Shown here: positions 28,505 to 37,567 of the stretch, piece after piece
Layout of the letters: each line of letters opens with the position of its first letter
Numbering within the stretch: position 1 is the stretch's first letter
Source of the DNA: an uncultured Bacilli bacterium
GTDB lineage: Bacteria > Bacillota_I > Bacilli_A > RF39 > UBA660
Assembly (NCBI GenBank): GCA_947632325.1
Contig: CANROU010000002.1
Location: 43,840 to 107,839, forward strand
Length of the DNA stretch: 64,000 nt
Direction: 5' to 3'
Position numbers and translations under genes: made by a program
Notes under the pieces: generated by a model
What the model was told of the DNA's origin: nothing
The model's database searches: none
The model's input: the letters and a program-made list of their open reading frames with translations, nothing else

Positions 28505-28936
28505 TTAAATGCATGGAACAAAGGTATCAGCTAAACATTTTAAGGCTCCAACACAGTTTAGATTGAATGTACAGTATGATTCTGTAGCTACATAAGGTGA
28601 TGCTGTTTGTGTTGTATCAGGATTAGGTGCTAAAATACGGCATGTACAACAACATCCATCTAAATTTTCAACTCTAAAAACACTAGAAGTTCCTGTTGTA
28701 CCATTTAAGGTATAAGGAAGAGCCCATAGTGTCGCATTACTACAAGAGTAAAAATTTATAGGTCTTGTGTTAAAGCAAACTACGGAAGGACAAGGACCTA
28801 AGAATGGTTTATCGCATCCTCCAGGTTGTTCATTATTTTGTTCTCCTCCACGTTGTAATTGTAAAATCACTTGTAAAATTTCATTTAAACACTGACAATT
28901 ATTAGTATTTGTTGAATCATTGTTTTGATTACACAT
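28505..28936 (-). CDS. CotY/CotZ/ExsY-family Cys-rich spore coat/exosporium protein, paralog A
   Basis: AAGGGGGAA RBS before the internal Met (MCNQNND...). CFNTRPINFY...SSVFRVENLDGCCCTCRIL...NLNCVGALKCL parallels B. subtilis CotZ (CFNTVFFRVERVHGSCATLSLL...). Confidence 0.55.
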   Translation of the reverse strand: MCNQNNDSTNTNNCQCLNEILQVILQLQRGGEQNNEQPGGCDKPFLGPCPSVVCFNTRPINFYSCSNATLWALPYTLNGTTGTSSVFRVENLDGCCCTCRILAPNPDTTQTASPYVATESYCTFNLNCVGALKCLADTFVPCI

Positions 28937-28952
28937 TATAATTCCCCCTTTC

Positions 28953-29369
28953 TTATAAACAGTCAACCACTACATCAGGTAAACATTGTAGGACACAAAC
29001 ACAATTTAGATTAATGGTTACAAACTGATTAGTTGTAATGTATGGTCTATTACTATCTGTAGTATCTGGATTATCTTCAAGTATTGATAATGTGACACAA
29101 CAACCATCTACTTTTTCTACCCTAAAGACACTACTACTTCTAGTTACGGTAGCGCCATTTTCTTCTGCTTGATATTCAATAGTGTATAAGTTATTTTGAC
29201 TAGTATAAAAAGTAACAGGTCTTGTATTAAAACAAGCTAAATTAGGACATCCTCCTAGAAATGGTTTGGTACACGAATTATCAATATTATCAATTTTTTC
29301 AGCATTTCGTTGTAATAGATCGATTACCTTTAATATTTTGGCAAAGCAACATTCTTCATTATTTGACAT
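28953..29369 (-). CDS. CotY/CotZ/ExsY-family Cys-rich spore coat/exosporium protein, paralog B
   Basis: Paralogous to the adjacent gene (CFNTRPVTFY...SSVFRVEKVDGCCVTLSILE...NLNCVCVLQCL); RBS AAAGGGG. Confidence 0.55.
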   Translation of the reverse strand: MSNNEECCFAKILKVIDLLQRNAEKIDNIDNSCTKPFLGGCPNLACFNTRPVTFYTSQNNLYTIEYQAEENGATVTRSSSVFRVEKVDGCCVTLSILEDNPDTTDSNRPYITTNQFVTINLNCVCVLQCLPDVVVDCL

Positions 29370-29589
29370 ATCATCCACCCCTTTATTTATTATCTAATAT
29401 AAGATATTCTCAAAATAGTTCTTGGTGTGTTATGAATACCTATATTTTATGTTATGCGAAAAACTTCTCAATTTGTATGAAAATGTCAAGCTTATTTTCA
29501 ATTATTAAAAGTTTTGATATTTAGTTGTAGAAAAAAAAAGAATGTATTATAATAAGACTATAGAATAAATATAGTAAGGAGAAATAAAG

Positions 29590-30390
29590 ATGAAGAAAAG
29601 AATTCTAAGCGCTATTATAATGCTAGTTATTTTTATTCCCTTGATTATTATAGGAAATAGTCCTTATGCTGTTTTTATTGCATTGCTTGCTATGTTAGGA
29701 TTATATGAATTAATAAAAATTAGAGAAAGCAAGAAACAATTTCCTTTTTTGATTAAAGTAATTGCATATCTTTTAACCGCTTTTTTCTGTCTTAGTAATT
29801 ATCAATCTAATGTATTAACTTATACGGTAGATTATCGAGTTATGGCATTTTTAATTTTTGCCTTTTTACTACCAATGATTTTTATTGATGATAATAGAAG
29901 ATATAATTTAAATGATGCTTTATTTATTATTGGTTCATGTTTATTTATAGGTTTGTCTTTTAATTTATTGATATTAATTCGTAATTATAGTCTATCATAC
30001 ACCATTTATCTATTCTTAATCACAACTATTACTGATACCTTTGCTTTCTTATTTGGTAAATATATTGGTAAAAGACCTTTAGCGGAAAAAATTTCACCTA
30101 AGAAAACAGTTGAAGGTTTAATCGGTGGTACTATCATGGGAACTTTTGTAGCATCTATCTTTTATATAACTGTTATGAATAATAATATTTCTTATTTTAA
30201 TATAATTGGAGTAACAGCTTTATTATCTTTAATTGGACAATTAGGCGATTTGGTTTTTTCTTTTATCAAGAGATATTATGATAAAAAGGATTTTTCTAAT
30301 TTGATTCCTGGACATGGTGGTATTTTAGATCGTATGGATAGTATTATTTTTGTAGTACTAGCATTTGTGTTAACTATGATAATGATATAG
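29590..30390 (+). CDS. cdsA: Phosphatidate cytidylyltransferase
   Basis: Multi-TM with signature PGHGGILDRMDS. Confidence 0.85.
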   Translation: MKKRILSAIIMLVIFIPLIIIGNSPYAVFIALLAMLGLYELIKIRESKKQFPFLIKVIAYLLTAFFCLSNYQSNVLTYTVDYRVMAFLIFAFLLPMIFIDDNRRYNLNDALFIIGSCLFIGLSFNLLILIRNYSLSYTIYLFLITTITDTFAFLFGKYIGKRPLAEKISPKKTVEGLIGGTIMGTFVASIFYITVMNNNISYFNIIGVTALLSLIGQLGDLVFSFIKRYYDKKDFSNLIPGHGGILDRMDSIIFVVLAFVLTMIMI

Positions 30391-30399
30391 GAGGCTTAT

Positions 30400-31440
30400 A
30401 TGACATTAATACTATTTATTTTAATTTTAGGAGCAGTTATTTTTGTTCACGAGTTAGGTCATTTTCTTTTTGCTAAATTATGTGGTATTTATGTATATGA
30501 ATTTGCAATTGGAATGGGACCAAAGATATGGAGCAAAAAAAGCAAGAAAAAAGAAACCGTTTATAGTTTGCGTTTGATTCCTATTGGTGGTTTTTGTTCT
30601 TTAGCTGGTGAGGGTAGTGATGAAGATCAAAAAATACCTAAAGATCGTCTTTTACAAAGCAAGACCGTTTGGCAACGTTTTTTAACAATGTTCTTTGGGC
30701 CAGGGTTTAATTTTATTTTTGCTATGATATTATTATTATTTATTGGCTTTGTTTTTGGTGCTCCTAATTGGGAACCAATTATTGATAATACAGTAAAAGG
30801 GACTCCGGCATATGAAGCTGGTATGACTTCTTCGGACCGTATCTTAAAAATCGATGATCATAAAATTATGTCTATTGATGATGTGACGCTTTATTTAACT
30901 TTGGATAGTAAAGAAAAACCAACTGAGTTTGTTGTGGAAAAGAAGAATAAAGAAAAAGTTACTTATCAAGTAACGCCTGATAAAATTGAAAAGGATGGTC
31001 AAGTCCAATATCAATATGGTATTGCTTTAAAATCCGCCCGTAGTCGAGGCTTTTTAACTACTATTAAATTTACTTTTGTTAAAATGGTATCTTTATTTAA
31101 ACAAATGTTCTTAACTATTGGTAATCTTTTTACCGGTGGTATAAAAATTAGTCAATTATCTGGACCTGTTGGCATTTATTCTATTGTAGGAGAACAAAGT
31201 AAAACAGGAGTAGCTAATATCATTTATCTTGTAGCGTTTTTAAGTATTAATGTAGGTTTTATTAATTTACTTCCATTACCTGCTTTTGATGGAGGCAGAA
31301 TATTATTTTTGATAATTGAAAAAATAAAAGGAAGCCCTGTTAGACCAGAGACGGAAAATATGATACATACAGTAGGTTTCTTCTTATTATTAGCCTTAAT
31401 GATATATATCACTTTTAATGATATTTTGCGATTATTTTAA
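30400..31440 (+). CDS. rseP: RIP site-2 zinc metalloprotease RseP/RasP
   Basis: HELGH at N-terminus, PDZ domain, C-terminal LDGG motif (FDGGRILF). Conserved cdsA-rseP linkage. Confidence 0.85.
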   Translation: MTLILFILILGAVIFVHELGHFLFAKLCGIYVYEFAIGMGPKIWSKKSKKKETVYSLRLIPIGGFCSLAGEGSDEDQKIPKDRLLQSKTVWQRFLTMFFGPGFNFIFAMILLLFIGFVFGAPNWEPIIDNTVKGTPAYEAGMTSSDRILKIDDHKIMSIDDVTLYLTLDSKEKPTEFVVEKKNKEKVTYQVTPDKIEKDGQVQYQYGIALKSARSRGFLTTIKFTFVKMVSLFKQMFLTIGNLFTGGIKISQLSGPVGIYSIVGEQSKTGVANIIYLVAFLSINVGFINLLPLPAFDGGRILFLIIEKIKGSPVRPETENMIHTVGFFLLLALMIYITFNDILRLF

Positions 31441-31522
31441 TAAATTAAAGGAAATTGATAAAAAACTTTTGCAATTTAACAAAATTCTGTTATAATACTG
31501 ATAGACGCGAGGAGGGGATATA

Positions 31523-31687
31523 GTGGCAAAAGTAGGAAACAGACAAAATAAAACTTTGAAGTGTAGTGTTTGTGGATCAGAAAATTATAGAATGGAAAGA
31601 AATATTAAAAATACTACAGAACGTCTTGAATTAAGTAGATATTGTCCTAAATGTAGACAACATACAGAACATAAGGAAAAGAAATAA
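31523..31687 (+). CDS. rpmG: 50S ribosomal protein L33
   Basis: Missing from the ORF track (<60 aa). GTG start after GGAGGGG RBS. MAKVGNRQNKTLKCSVCGSENYRMERNIKNTTERLELSRYCPKCRQHTEHKEKK has the C4 zinc ribbon and the RLEL.KYCP pattern of L33. Confidence 0.8.
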   Translation: MAKVGNRQNKTLKCSVCGSENYRMERNIKNTTERLELSRYCPKCRQHTEHKEKK

Positions 31688-31726
31688 GGAATACTTATTT
31701 TTTTCTGTTATTAAGGAGGAACAATT

Positions 31727-32284
31727 ATGATTACGTCAAATGACTTTAAAAATGGTATGACTATCAAAATGGATAACAATATTTATACTATAGTTGATTT
31801 TCAACATGTTAAACCTGGTAAAGGTTCAGCTTTTGTAAGAACTAAGTTAAAAAATTTACGTACAGGGGCAACAATAGATTATACTTTTAATGCTGGAGTA
31901 AAAGTTGAGACAGCTAGAATTGAAAGAAAACCTATGCAATTTTTATATTCCATGGGTGATACTTACTATTTTATGAATATGAATGATTATGAGCAAATTG
32001 AACTTAATAAATCATCATTAGGAGAAGATGCTTCTTATTTAAAAGAAAATTTAGAAGTAAGTATTGTTTTCTATGAGGGAGAAATGTTAGGAGTAACATT
32101 ACCTGATAAAGTCGAATTAAAAGTAGTGGAAACAGAGATGGCTGTTAAAGGAAACACAACAACAGGCGCTATGAAAGATGCTACTTTAGAAACTGGTATG
32201 GTTATTAAAGTACCGTTATTCATTGAACAAGGAGAAACTATCTTAGTATCAACTAAAGATGGTAAATATGTCTCTCGAGCATAA
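31727..32284 (+). CDS. efp: Elongation factor P
   Basis: NDFKNGMTIKMDNNIYTIVDFQHVKPGKGSAFVRTKLKNL including the modified-Lys loop (KPGKG). 185 aa. Confidence 0.9.
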   Translation: MITSNDFKNGMTIKMDNNIYTIVDFQHVKPGKGSAFVRTKLKNLRTGATIDYTFNAGVKVETARIERKPMQFLYSMGDTYYFMNMNDYEQIELNKSSLGEDASYLKENLEVSIVFYEGEMLGVTLPDKVELKVVETEMAVKGNTTTGAMKDATLETGMVIKVPLFIEQGETILVSTKDGKYVSRA

Positions 32285-32369
32285 GTTTAACTTATGCTTT
32301 TTTACTTTAAAAATAATAGTGATATTTTCTCCCTTGGAACATATATTTAAATAGATAAGGGAGGATCTT

Positions 32370-32900
32370 ATGATAAATAAGCAAAGTTTGTGGTTTTTAA
32401 CATTATTTAGTTTGATATTAGTACTTAGTGTTTACTATATTACTATGCCAAATGAGTTGTTGCTTACTAATAATAATCTTTATAGTAAAACGGATAGTAA
32501 TAATAAGGAAGAAGAGGAAACGACAGAAGATAATAGCAAAGTCACTTTAGAAGAAAGCGATTTGTTAGTGTCTATGCGTGTTAGTTTAGAAGAAGAAAGA
32601 ATAAGTTTAATGAACGATTTGCAAGAACAATTAACTAACAGCGAAACAACTGTGGAAGAGAAAAATAATGCTTATGAACAATTACGATATTTAAATCAAA
32701 TTCAAGGAACAGAAGAAAAATTAGAGGCTAAAATAAAAGATCAATTTCAATTAAACAGTTTTATTAAAATAGATAACAATCAAATTCAAGTGGTAGTAGC
32801 TAAAGATAAACATGATAGTACTCTTGCTAATAATATCATGAGAAGTATTCAAGAAGAGTATCAAGAAAAAATGTATATTACGGTTAAGTTTGAAAAATAA
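32370..32900 (+). CDS. Membrane-anchored coiled-coil protein, possibly SpoIIIAH-like
   Basis: N-terminal TM, acidic coiled-coil, C-terminal mixed alpha/beta segment. Lies next to efp, as the spoIIIA operon does in Bacillus. Weak. Confidence 0.25.
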   Translation: MINKQSLWFLTLFSLILVLSVYYITMPNELLLTNNNLYSKTDSNNKEEEETTEDNSKVTLEESDLLVSMRVSLEEERISLMNDLQEQLTNSETTVEEKNNAYEQLRYLNQIQGTEEKLEAKIKDQFQLNSFIKIDNNQIQVVVAKDKHDSTLANNIMRSIQEEYQEKMYITVKFEK

Positions 32901-32996
32901 TGCATAGTTAGGCATTACCCCCTCAACTTTCTTTTTTTTGGTCATAGAATACTATGAGTGAATAGTAATTAAACCTTCTAAAGAAGGAAAAAGGAG

Positions 32997-33212
32997 TTGA
33001 AGAAAGTGGGTAAAGGAATTTTAACTGCTAGAGAAAGAGAAGTTTTTGAACTATTAGTATTAAATAAAACTACTAAAGAGATAGCACATGAATTGAAAAT
33101 TAGTGAAAAAACAGTGCGAAATCATATTTCTAATGCCATGCAGAAATTAGGAGTTAAAGGTCGTGCTGGTGCGGTAGTAGAACTTTTAAAGTTAAAAGAA
33201 ATTTCTTTATAG
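32997..33212 (+). CDS. gerE: GerE, LuxR-family sporulation transcription regulator
   Basis: REREVFELLV.NKTTKEIA.EL.ISEKTVRNHISNAMQKLGVKGR..AVVELL is almost residue-for-residue the B. subtilis GerE HTH core. Confidence 0.85.
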   Translation: MKKVGKGILTAREREVFELLVLNKTTKEIAHELKISEKTVRNHISNAMQKLGVKGRAGAVVELLKLKEISL

Positions 33213-33261
33213 TCGTACTAAATTAGTACGACTTTTCATATGGTTTTATAGGTGATGATGT

Positions 33262-34203
33262 TTGTTAAAAAGACGAGCCCTTAGAAAGATTTTAATAACC
33301 ACGATTACTGTTTTTATTTTATTAGTTGTATATTTAATTCCAACACAAGATCAAAGTAGACCATTAGAAGCTAATTTAGAAGTTGAATATATCACAGGAT
33401 TAGGAACTAATTCCATATATTTATTAAATGAAAAGGGTTATTTGGTTAAAACAAAAATTTTATTAACTAGCAATGATATTATAGAACAGGTAGAAGAGAT
33501 TATTGAAAATTTAACAGATGGTAATGGTGCTTTTCCTTCATTATTAAAACCTGTTATTCCTGATAATGTCAAATTATTTAGTTGTACTATGGATCAAAAT
33601 ATTGTAAAGCTGGATTTCTCCAAAGAATATTTAGATATTCCTCAAGAATTGGAAGAAAAGGTATTGCAAGCAATAGTATACAGTATTTTAGATTTAAAAG
33701 GTGTAGATGGAGTAAAAATTTCCGTTGATGGCAATCCTTTAACTAAATTAAATAAAGCTAATACAAAATTACCAGATATTTTAACTAAAGATATTGGTAT
33801 TAATAAAAGATATGATATAAACGGAAGAGAAAATATTAATAAAGTGGTTATTTATTATTTGGATGAATATGAAAATAATACTTATTATGTTCCTGTCACT
33901 AAATATGTTAATGATACCAGGGATAAAATAAAAATTATTGTGGATAATTTAACTTCCAATTACATTTATGAACCTAATTTGATGAGTTTTTTAAATCAAG
34001 ATACGCAATTATTAAATTATGAAATTATTGATAATAATATGGTTCTTAATTTTAATGATGCCATATTTACTGATGAATCAAAAATTATCGAAGAGGTAGT
34101 CTATTCCATAGCTTATTCGGTATTTGATACTTATAATGTAGATAAAGTATTATTAAGAGTTAATGATCAAGATATTGTTAGTAAAACGATTTATGATAAT
34201 TAG
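33262..34203 (+). CDS. GerM-like protein (two GerMN-like repeats), membrane anchored
   Basis: N-terminal TM, then two ~120-aa repeats each ending in a V..N.L..L.F / V.LN.NDAIF-type segment. Placement next to gerE is supportive. Confidence 0.35.
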   Translation: MLKRRALRKILITTITVFILLVVYLIPTQDQSRPLEANLEVEYITGLGTNSIYLLNEKGYLVKTKILLTSNDIIEQVEEIIENLTDGNGAFPSLLKPVIPDNVKLFSCTMDQNIVKLDFSKEYLDIPQELEEKVLQAIVYSILDLKGVDGVKISVDGNPLTKLNKANTKLPDILTKDIGINKRYDINGRENINKVVIYYLDEYENNTYYVPVTKYVNDTRDKIKIIVDNLTSNYIYEPNLMSFLNQDTQLLNYEIIDNNMVLNFNDAIFTDESKIIEEVVYSIAYSVFDTYNVDKVLLRVNDQDIVSKTIYDN

Positions 34204-34268
34204 CGATAAAAAAGGGTTGAATAAATAAATAGTTTATTGTATAATCAATTTGTTAGCTGGTTATACAT

Positions 34269-34345
34269 GTCTCAGTAGCTCAGCTGGATAGAGCATCGCC
34301 CTTCTAAGGCGAGTGTCAGGGGTTCGAATCCCTTCTGGGACACCA
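34269..34345 (+). tRNA. tRNA-Arg (anticodon UCU)
   Basis: Cloverleaf GTCTCAG/CTGGGAC acceptor, GCTC-AGCTGGATA-GAGC D arm, anticodon stem TCGCC/GGCGA with loop CTTCTAA, T arm AGGGG-TTCGAAT-CCCTT, encoded CCA. Confidence 0.85.
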
Positions 34346-34382
34346 TTATAATAGGAAACTCGCAACGTTCGAGTAAAAATAG

Positions 34383-35154
34383 AAAACGGCTTGCCAAAAG
34401 ACCGTTTTTATGTTATTATGAATATGTCAAGGAAACTTGCATAAAATAAAAAAGGATACATTTGATTGTGTGAATCAAATGCAATCCCTTGAGGGTAGCA
34501 TCTGAAATCAACAAACGTTGAAATCAGATGCTTTTGCTATGTTAGAAGTAAAATGATTACAACTAAGAATAGGAGTAATATTATAATAAATTGAGAAAAT
34601 TCTCTTTTTGTCATAAATATCACCACCTTTCTTTTATCGTTTGATAAATAGAAAGGGAAAGCACCTGATATATTTCAAATGTATCCAATAATATTATATC
34701 AAACAAACGTTCCCCATACAATGTTTTTATACTAAATGATGTTAATTTTGAAAATACACTTATTTTATAAAACGGCTTGTAAAAAGGTCGCTTTTATGTT
34801 ATGATGAATACGTCAAGGAAACTTGCATAAAATAAAAAAGGATACATTTGATTGGGCTAATCAAATGCAATCCCTTATTTAGGATAGCATCTGAAATCAA
34901 CAAACGTTGAAATCAGATGCTTTTGCTATGTTAGAAGTAAAATGATTACAACTAAGAATAGGAGTAATATTATAATAAATTGAGAAAATTCTCTTTTTGT
35001 CATAAATATCACCACCTTTCTTTTATCGTTTGATAAATAGAAAGGGAAAGCACCTGATATATTTCAAATGTATCCAATAATATTATATCAAACAAATGTT
35101 CTTCATACAATGTTTTTATACTAGATTATGTTAATTTAGAAAACACACTTATTT
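34383..35154 (+). repeat. Tandem direct duplication of a 386-bp noncoding unit (copy 1 34383-34768, copy 2 34769-35154), each copy carrying two conserved hairpins
   Basis: Near-identical copies with point differences. Each has CATTTGATT-loop-AATCAAATG (loops differ: gtgtg vs gggct) and GCATCTGAAATCAAC-aaac-GTTGAAATCAGATGC followed by TTTTGCT (terminator-like). Confidence 0.8.
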
Positions 35155-35186
35155 GATAAGATTTGATAAGATAACTTTAATTCTTA

Positions 35187-35633
35187 TTGAAAATCAAAAA
35201 TAATTATGCTATAGTTATAATAGGTGATAGTATGTTGGTACCTAAGATATATGATGAAGTTATTTATTATGTTTTAATTCCTATATTTTTAGTTTTAATA
35301 TTGTTTGGTGTTGTCTTAATTGTGGTAACATATAAAGAAAAAAAGGGCATAGATTTAAAAAGACGTTTTAGAATCAATTATTGGGCTGATATCGTTGGCA
35401 TTATTTTTGGAGCTCTTTTGTTTTCAGTGGCACTTGGTTTTGCTTGCGCTATGATTCAAAAATTATATGTTCACCAATTACTTAGTAGCTATTGGTTGTT
35501 ATCTATAGCCTTGGGCATTTTACCAATAATATGTTTTACAGTTATGCTTTTGTGTATTATTAGATTAATACGCTTGTTAAGAAAGCAGGATGATGATGAA
35601 AGGATTGATAGTCATGAAGAAAAAATCGATTGA
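35187..35633 (+). CDS. Small integral membrane protein (4 TM), unknown function
   Basis: Hydrophobic helices; ends with acidic tail. Confidence 0.35.
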   Translation: MKIKNNYAIVIIGDSMLVPKIYDEVIYYVLIPIFLVLILFGVVLIVVTYKEKKGIDLKRRFRINYWADIVGIIFGALLFSVALGFACAMIQKLYVHQLLSSYWLLSIALGILPIICFTVMLLCIIRLIRLLRKQDDDERIDSHEEKID

Positions 35634-36102
35634 TGTAGTGGCTATTATGGTATATATAGCAATGATATGTTTAGTATTAATTGTAGCTTTACCACCAATA
35701 TTAAGGTTGGTTATGCCTAAACAAACCGTTGCTCCAGTAGAATCTCATGATAAAATTGAAGCTTTAATATGTAATAAAGATATGGAATTATCCGGACAAA
35801 ATATAACTACACGTATCAATGTTAATTATAAAAATGATAATTTGGTTAAAATGAGTTATCAATATCAATTAACTGATGATACTCCAGCTGATACTGCTTG
35901 GGATTGGCAACAAATACCTGAGATAAGTGACTTATCCGCTATAGAGGGAGCTGATATTAAACAAACAGAACAAGACATTACGCTTACTTTTACTAAAGAT
36001 GTTTTAGATTCTAGGGAAGATGCTAAATATAATAACAGTTTATATGATAACCAGATTGCTTTAGAAGAAGAAGGTTATTACTGTCAAACATTATCGCAAT
36101 AA
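35614..36102 (+). CDS. Membrane-anchored extracytoplasmic protein, unknown function
   Basis: MKKKSIDVVAIMVYIAMICLVLIVALPPIL signal/anchor, then ~130 aa acidic domain. Overlaps the upstream gene. Confidence 0.35.
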   Translation: MKKKSIDVVAIMVYIAMICLVLIVALPPILRLVMPKQTVAPVESHDKIEALICNKDMELSGQNITTRINVNYKNDNLVKMSYQYQLTDDTPADTAWDWQQIPEISDLSAIEGADIKQTEQDITLTFTKDVLDSREDAKYNNSLYDNQIALEEEGYYCQTLSQ

Positions 36103-36178
36103 ACGTTCTTAAAAGAATGTTTTTTTTTGATGATATTTATAAGAGGCACTTTATCATCTTTAGAATATATTTTAATAG

Positions 36179-36490
36179 GTGAAGAATATGTTAGATTGGA
36201 TAATTCAATACTGGATTCAACTTGTTTTTGGTTTAATGATTACTTTCGCGGGTTATTTATATCGTCAAGTAAAAAAATATCGCCATCATTTACGCTCTAT
36301 AGAAAATACAGTAATCACTTTATTAAAATTTAAAATTATGGAAATATATGAACAAATCAAAGATAAAGACATGATATCTATGAGTGATAAAGAAAAAATT
36401 AGTAAATTATATAATGAATATAAACAATTTGAACCAAATGGTTTAATCAATGATTTAGTACGTACTTTAAATAACAAAAAAGTAGAGTAA
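36179..36490 (+). CDS. Small membrane-anchored hypothetical protein
   Basis: N-terminal TM then a charged helix. 103 aa. Confidence 0.3.
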   Translation: MKNMLDWIIQYWIQLVFGLMITFAGYLYRQVKKYRHHLRSIENTVITLLKFKIMEIYEQIKDKDMISMSDKEKISKLYNEYKQFEPNGLINDLVRTLNNKKVE

Positions 36491-36492
36491 AC

Positions 36493-37563
36493 TTAATTAT
36501 TTTTTTTATCTTTGGTTACATAAAGCTGTATTAATATAAGAAGCGGGATACCTATAAATACAATTAATAAAGGGAATAAAAGATTATTTAATTCTAAAGA
36601 AAGATGTGATCCTAAAATAAATATTATAAAAAGGCAAAGACCATATAAAAATTTATGACTTTTTTTAAAACAAATAGTAGTGATACTTTTTTGACAGGTA
36701 AATAATAATAAGGCTAAGACGCTAACGGCATCTAATAAGTAATTAATCGCTAATACTCCTTCTAATCTTTCAATAAAATGAAAATAGGATATTTTTTTTA
36801 AGATAGCCATTTGTGGGTAATTATAATAGCTAGCTAGATTAATGCCTATAGTACCAAACATCAAAAGAAATTCTAAAAAAACAGTACAACAACTAAGAAG
36901 ATAACCTATAAAAATTATTTTCGAAGATTTAATGTTATTTTGTCTTTGATTATTAGGTATCATGGTTAAAAAAAATAAAGGAAGGGTAGACATTAAGGCA
37001 TAAAAGGTACTGCCCTTGATACAGTTATACCAATTTCCTGTTAAAAAAGGTTTTACTTTGGCTTGATCAAATAGAGGAATAAGACCACATAATTGAAAGA
37101 AAAATAAAATGATGAAGATCATAAAAAATATTTCACAACTACGCGCAATGGTTGATAAGCCTTGCTTTGCTAAAAAATAACAAAGTAATAAGAAGGTTAA
37201 AGAAATAATAAACAAAGATGTTTTATCTAAATAAATATTATAAATAAAAAGTGTTATTTGTGATAAGAAAAATCCTCCAAATATAACGATCCCAATTATT
37301 AATAGCAAAAATAATAGATAACTAAAAAAAGGAGGAAAACGCTTTTTTATAATGTCAAAAAGATTGTCATTAGGTTGTTTTTTATTTATTTTTATATATA
37401 TACTAACGGGAATTAAGCCTAATATGCTACCGACAATAATACTAAATAGGGCATCATTTTTACTAATGTTTATAAGATAAGGTGTGGTTGATAAAAGTAA
37501 TAGACCCCGGGTTAGAAAAAAAGTTATAATGATTATTTGGTACATACCTATTTTTTGTTTCAT
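36493..37563 (-). CDS. gerAB: Spore germination receptor B subunit (GerAB/amino-acid-permease-like)
   Basis: 10-TM APC-superfamily-like protein. Last gene of a gerA-type operon. Confidence 0.7.
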   Translation of the reverse strand: MKQKIGMYQIIIITFFLTRGLLLLSTTPYLINISKNDALFSIIVGSILGLIPVSIYIKINKKQPNDNLFDIIKKRFPPFFSYLLFLLLIIGIVIFGGFFLSQITLFIYNIYLDKTSLFIISLTFLLLCYFLAKQGLSTIARSCEIFFMIFIILFFFQLCGLIPLFDQAKVKPFLTGNWYNCIKGSTFYALMSTLPLFFLTMIPNNQRQNNIKSSKIIFIGYLLSCCTVFLEFLLMFGTIGINLASYYNYPQMAILKKISYFHFIERLEGVLAINYLLDAVSVLALLLFTCQKSITTICFKKSHKFLYGLCLFIIFILGSHLSLELNNLLFPLLIVFIGIPLLILIQLYVTKDKKNN

Positions 37564-37567
37564 TATT

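Noticed and set aside
34383-35154. Considered whether the duplicated region is a CRISPR array or IS end
   Set aside because: Only two long (386-bp) units with no short repeat-spacer periodicity, no cas genes, no transposase and no terminal inverted repeats
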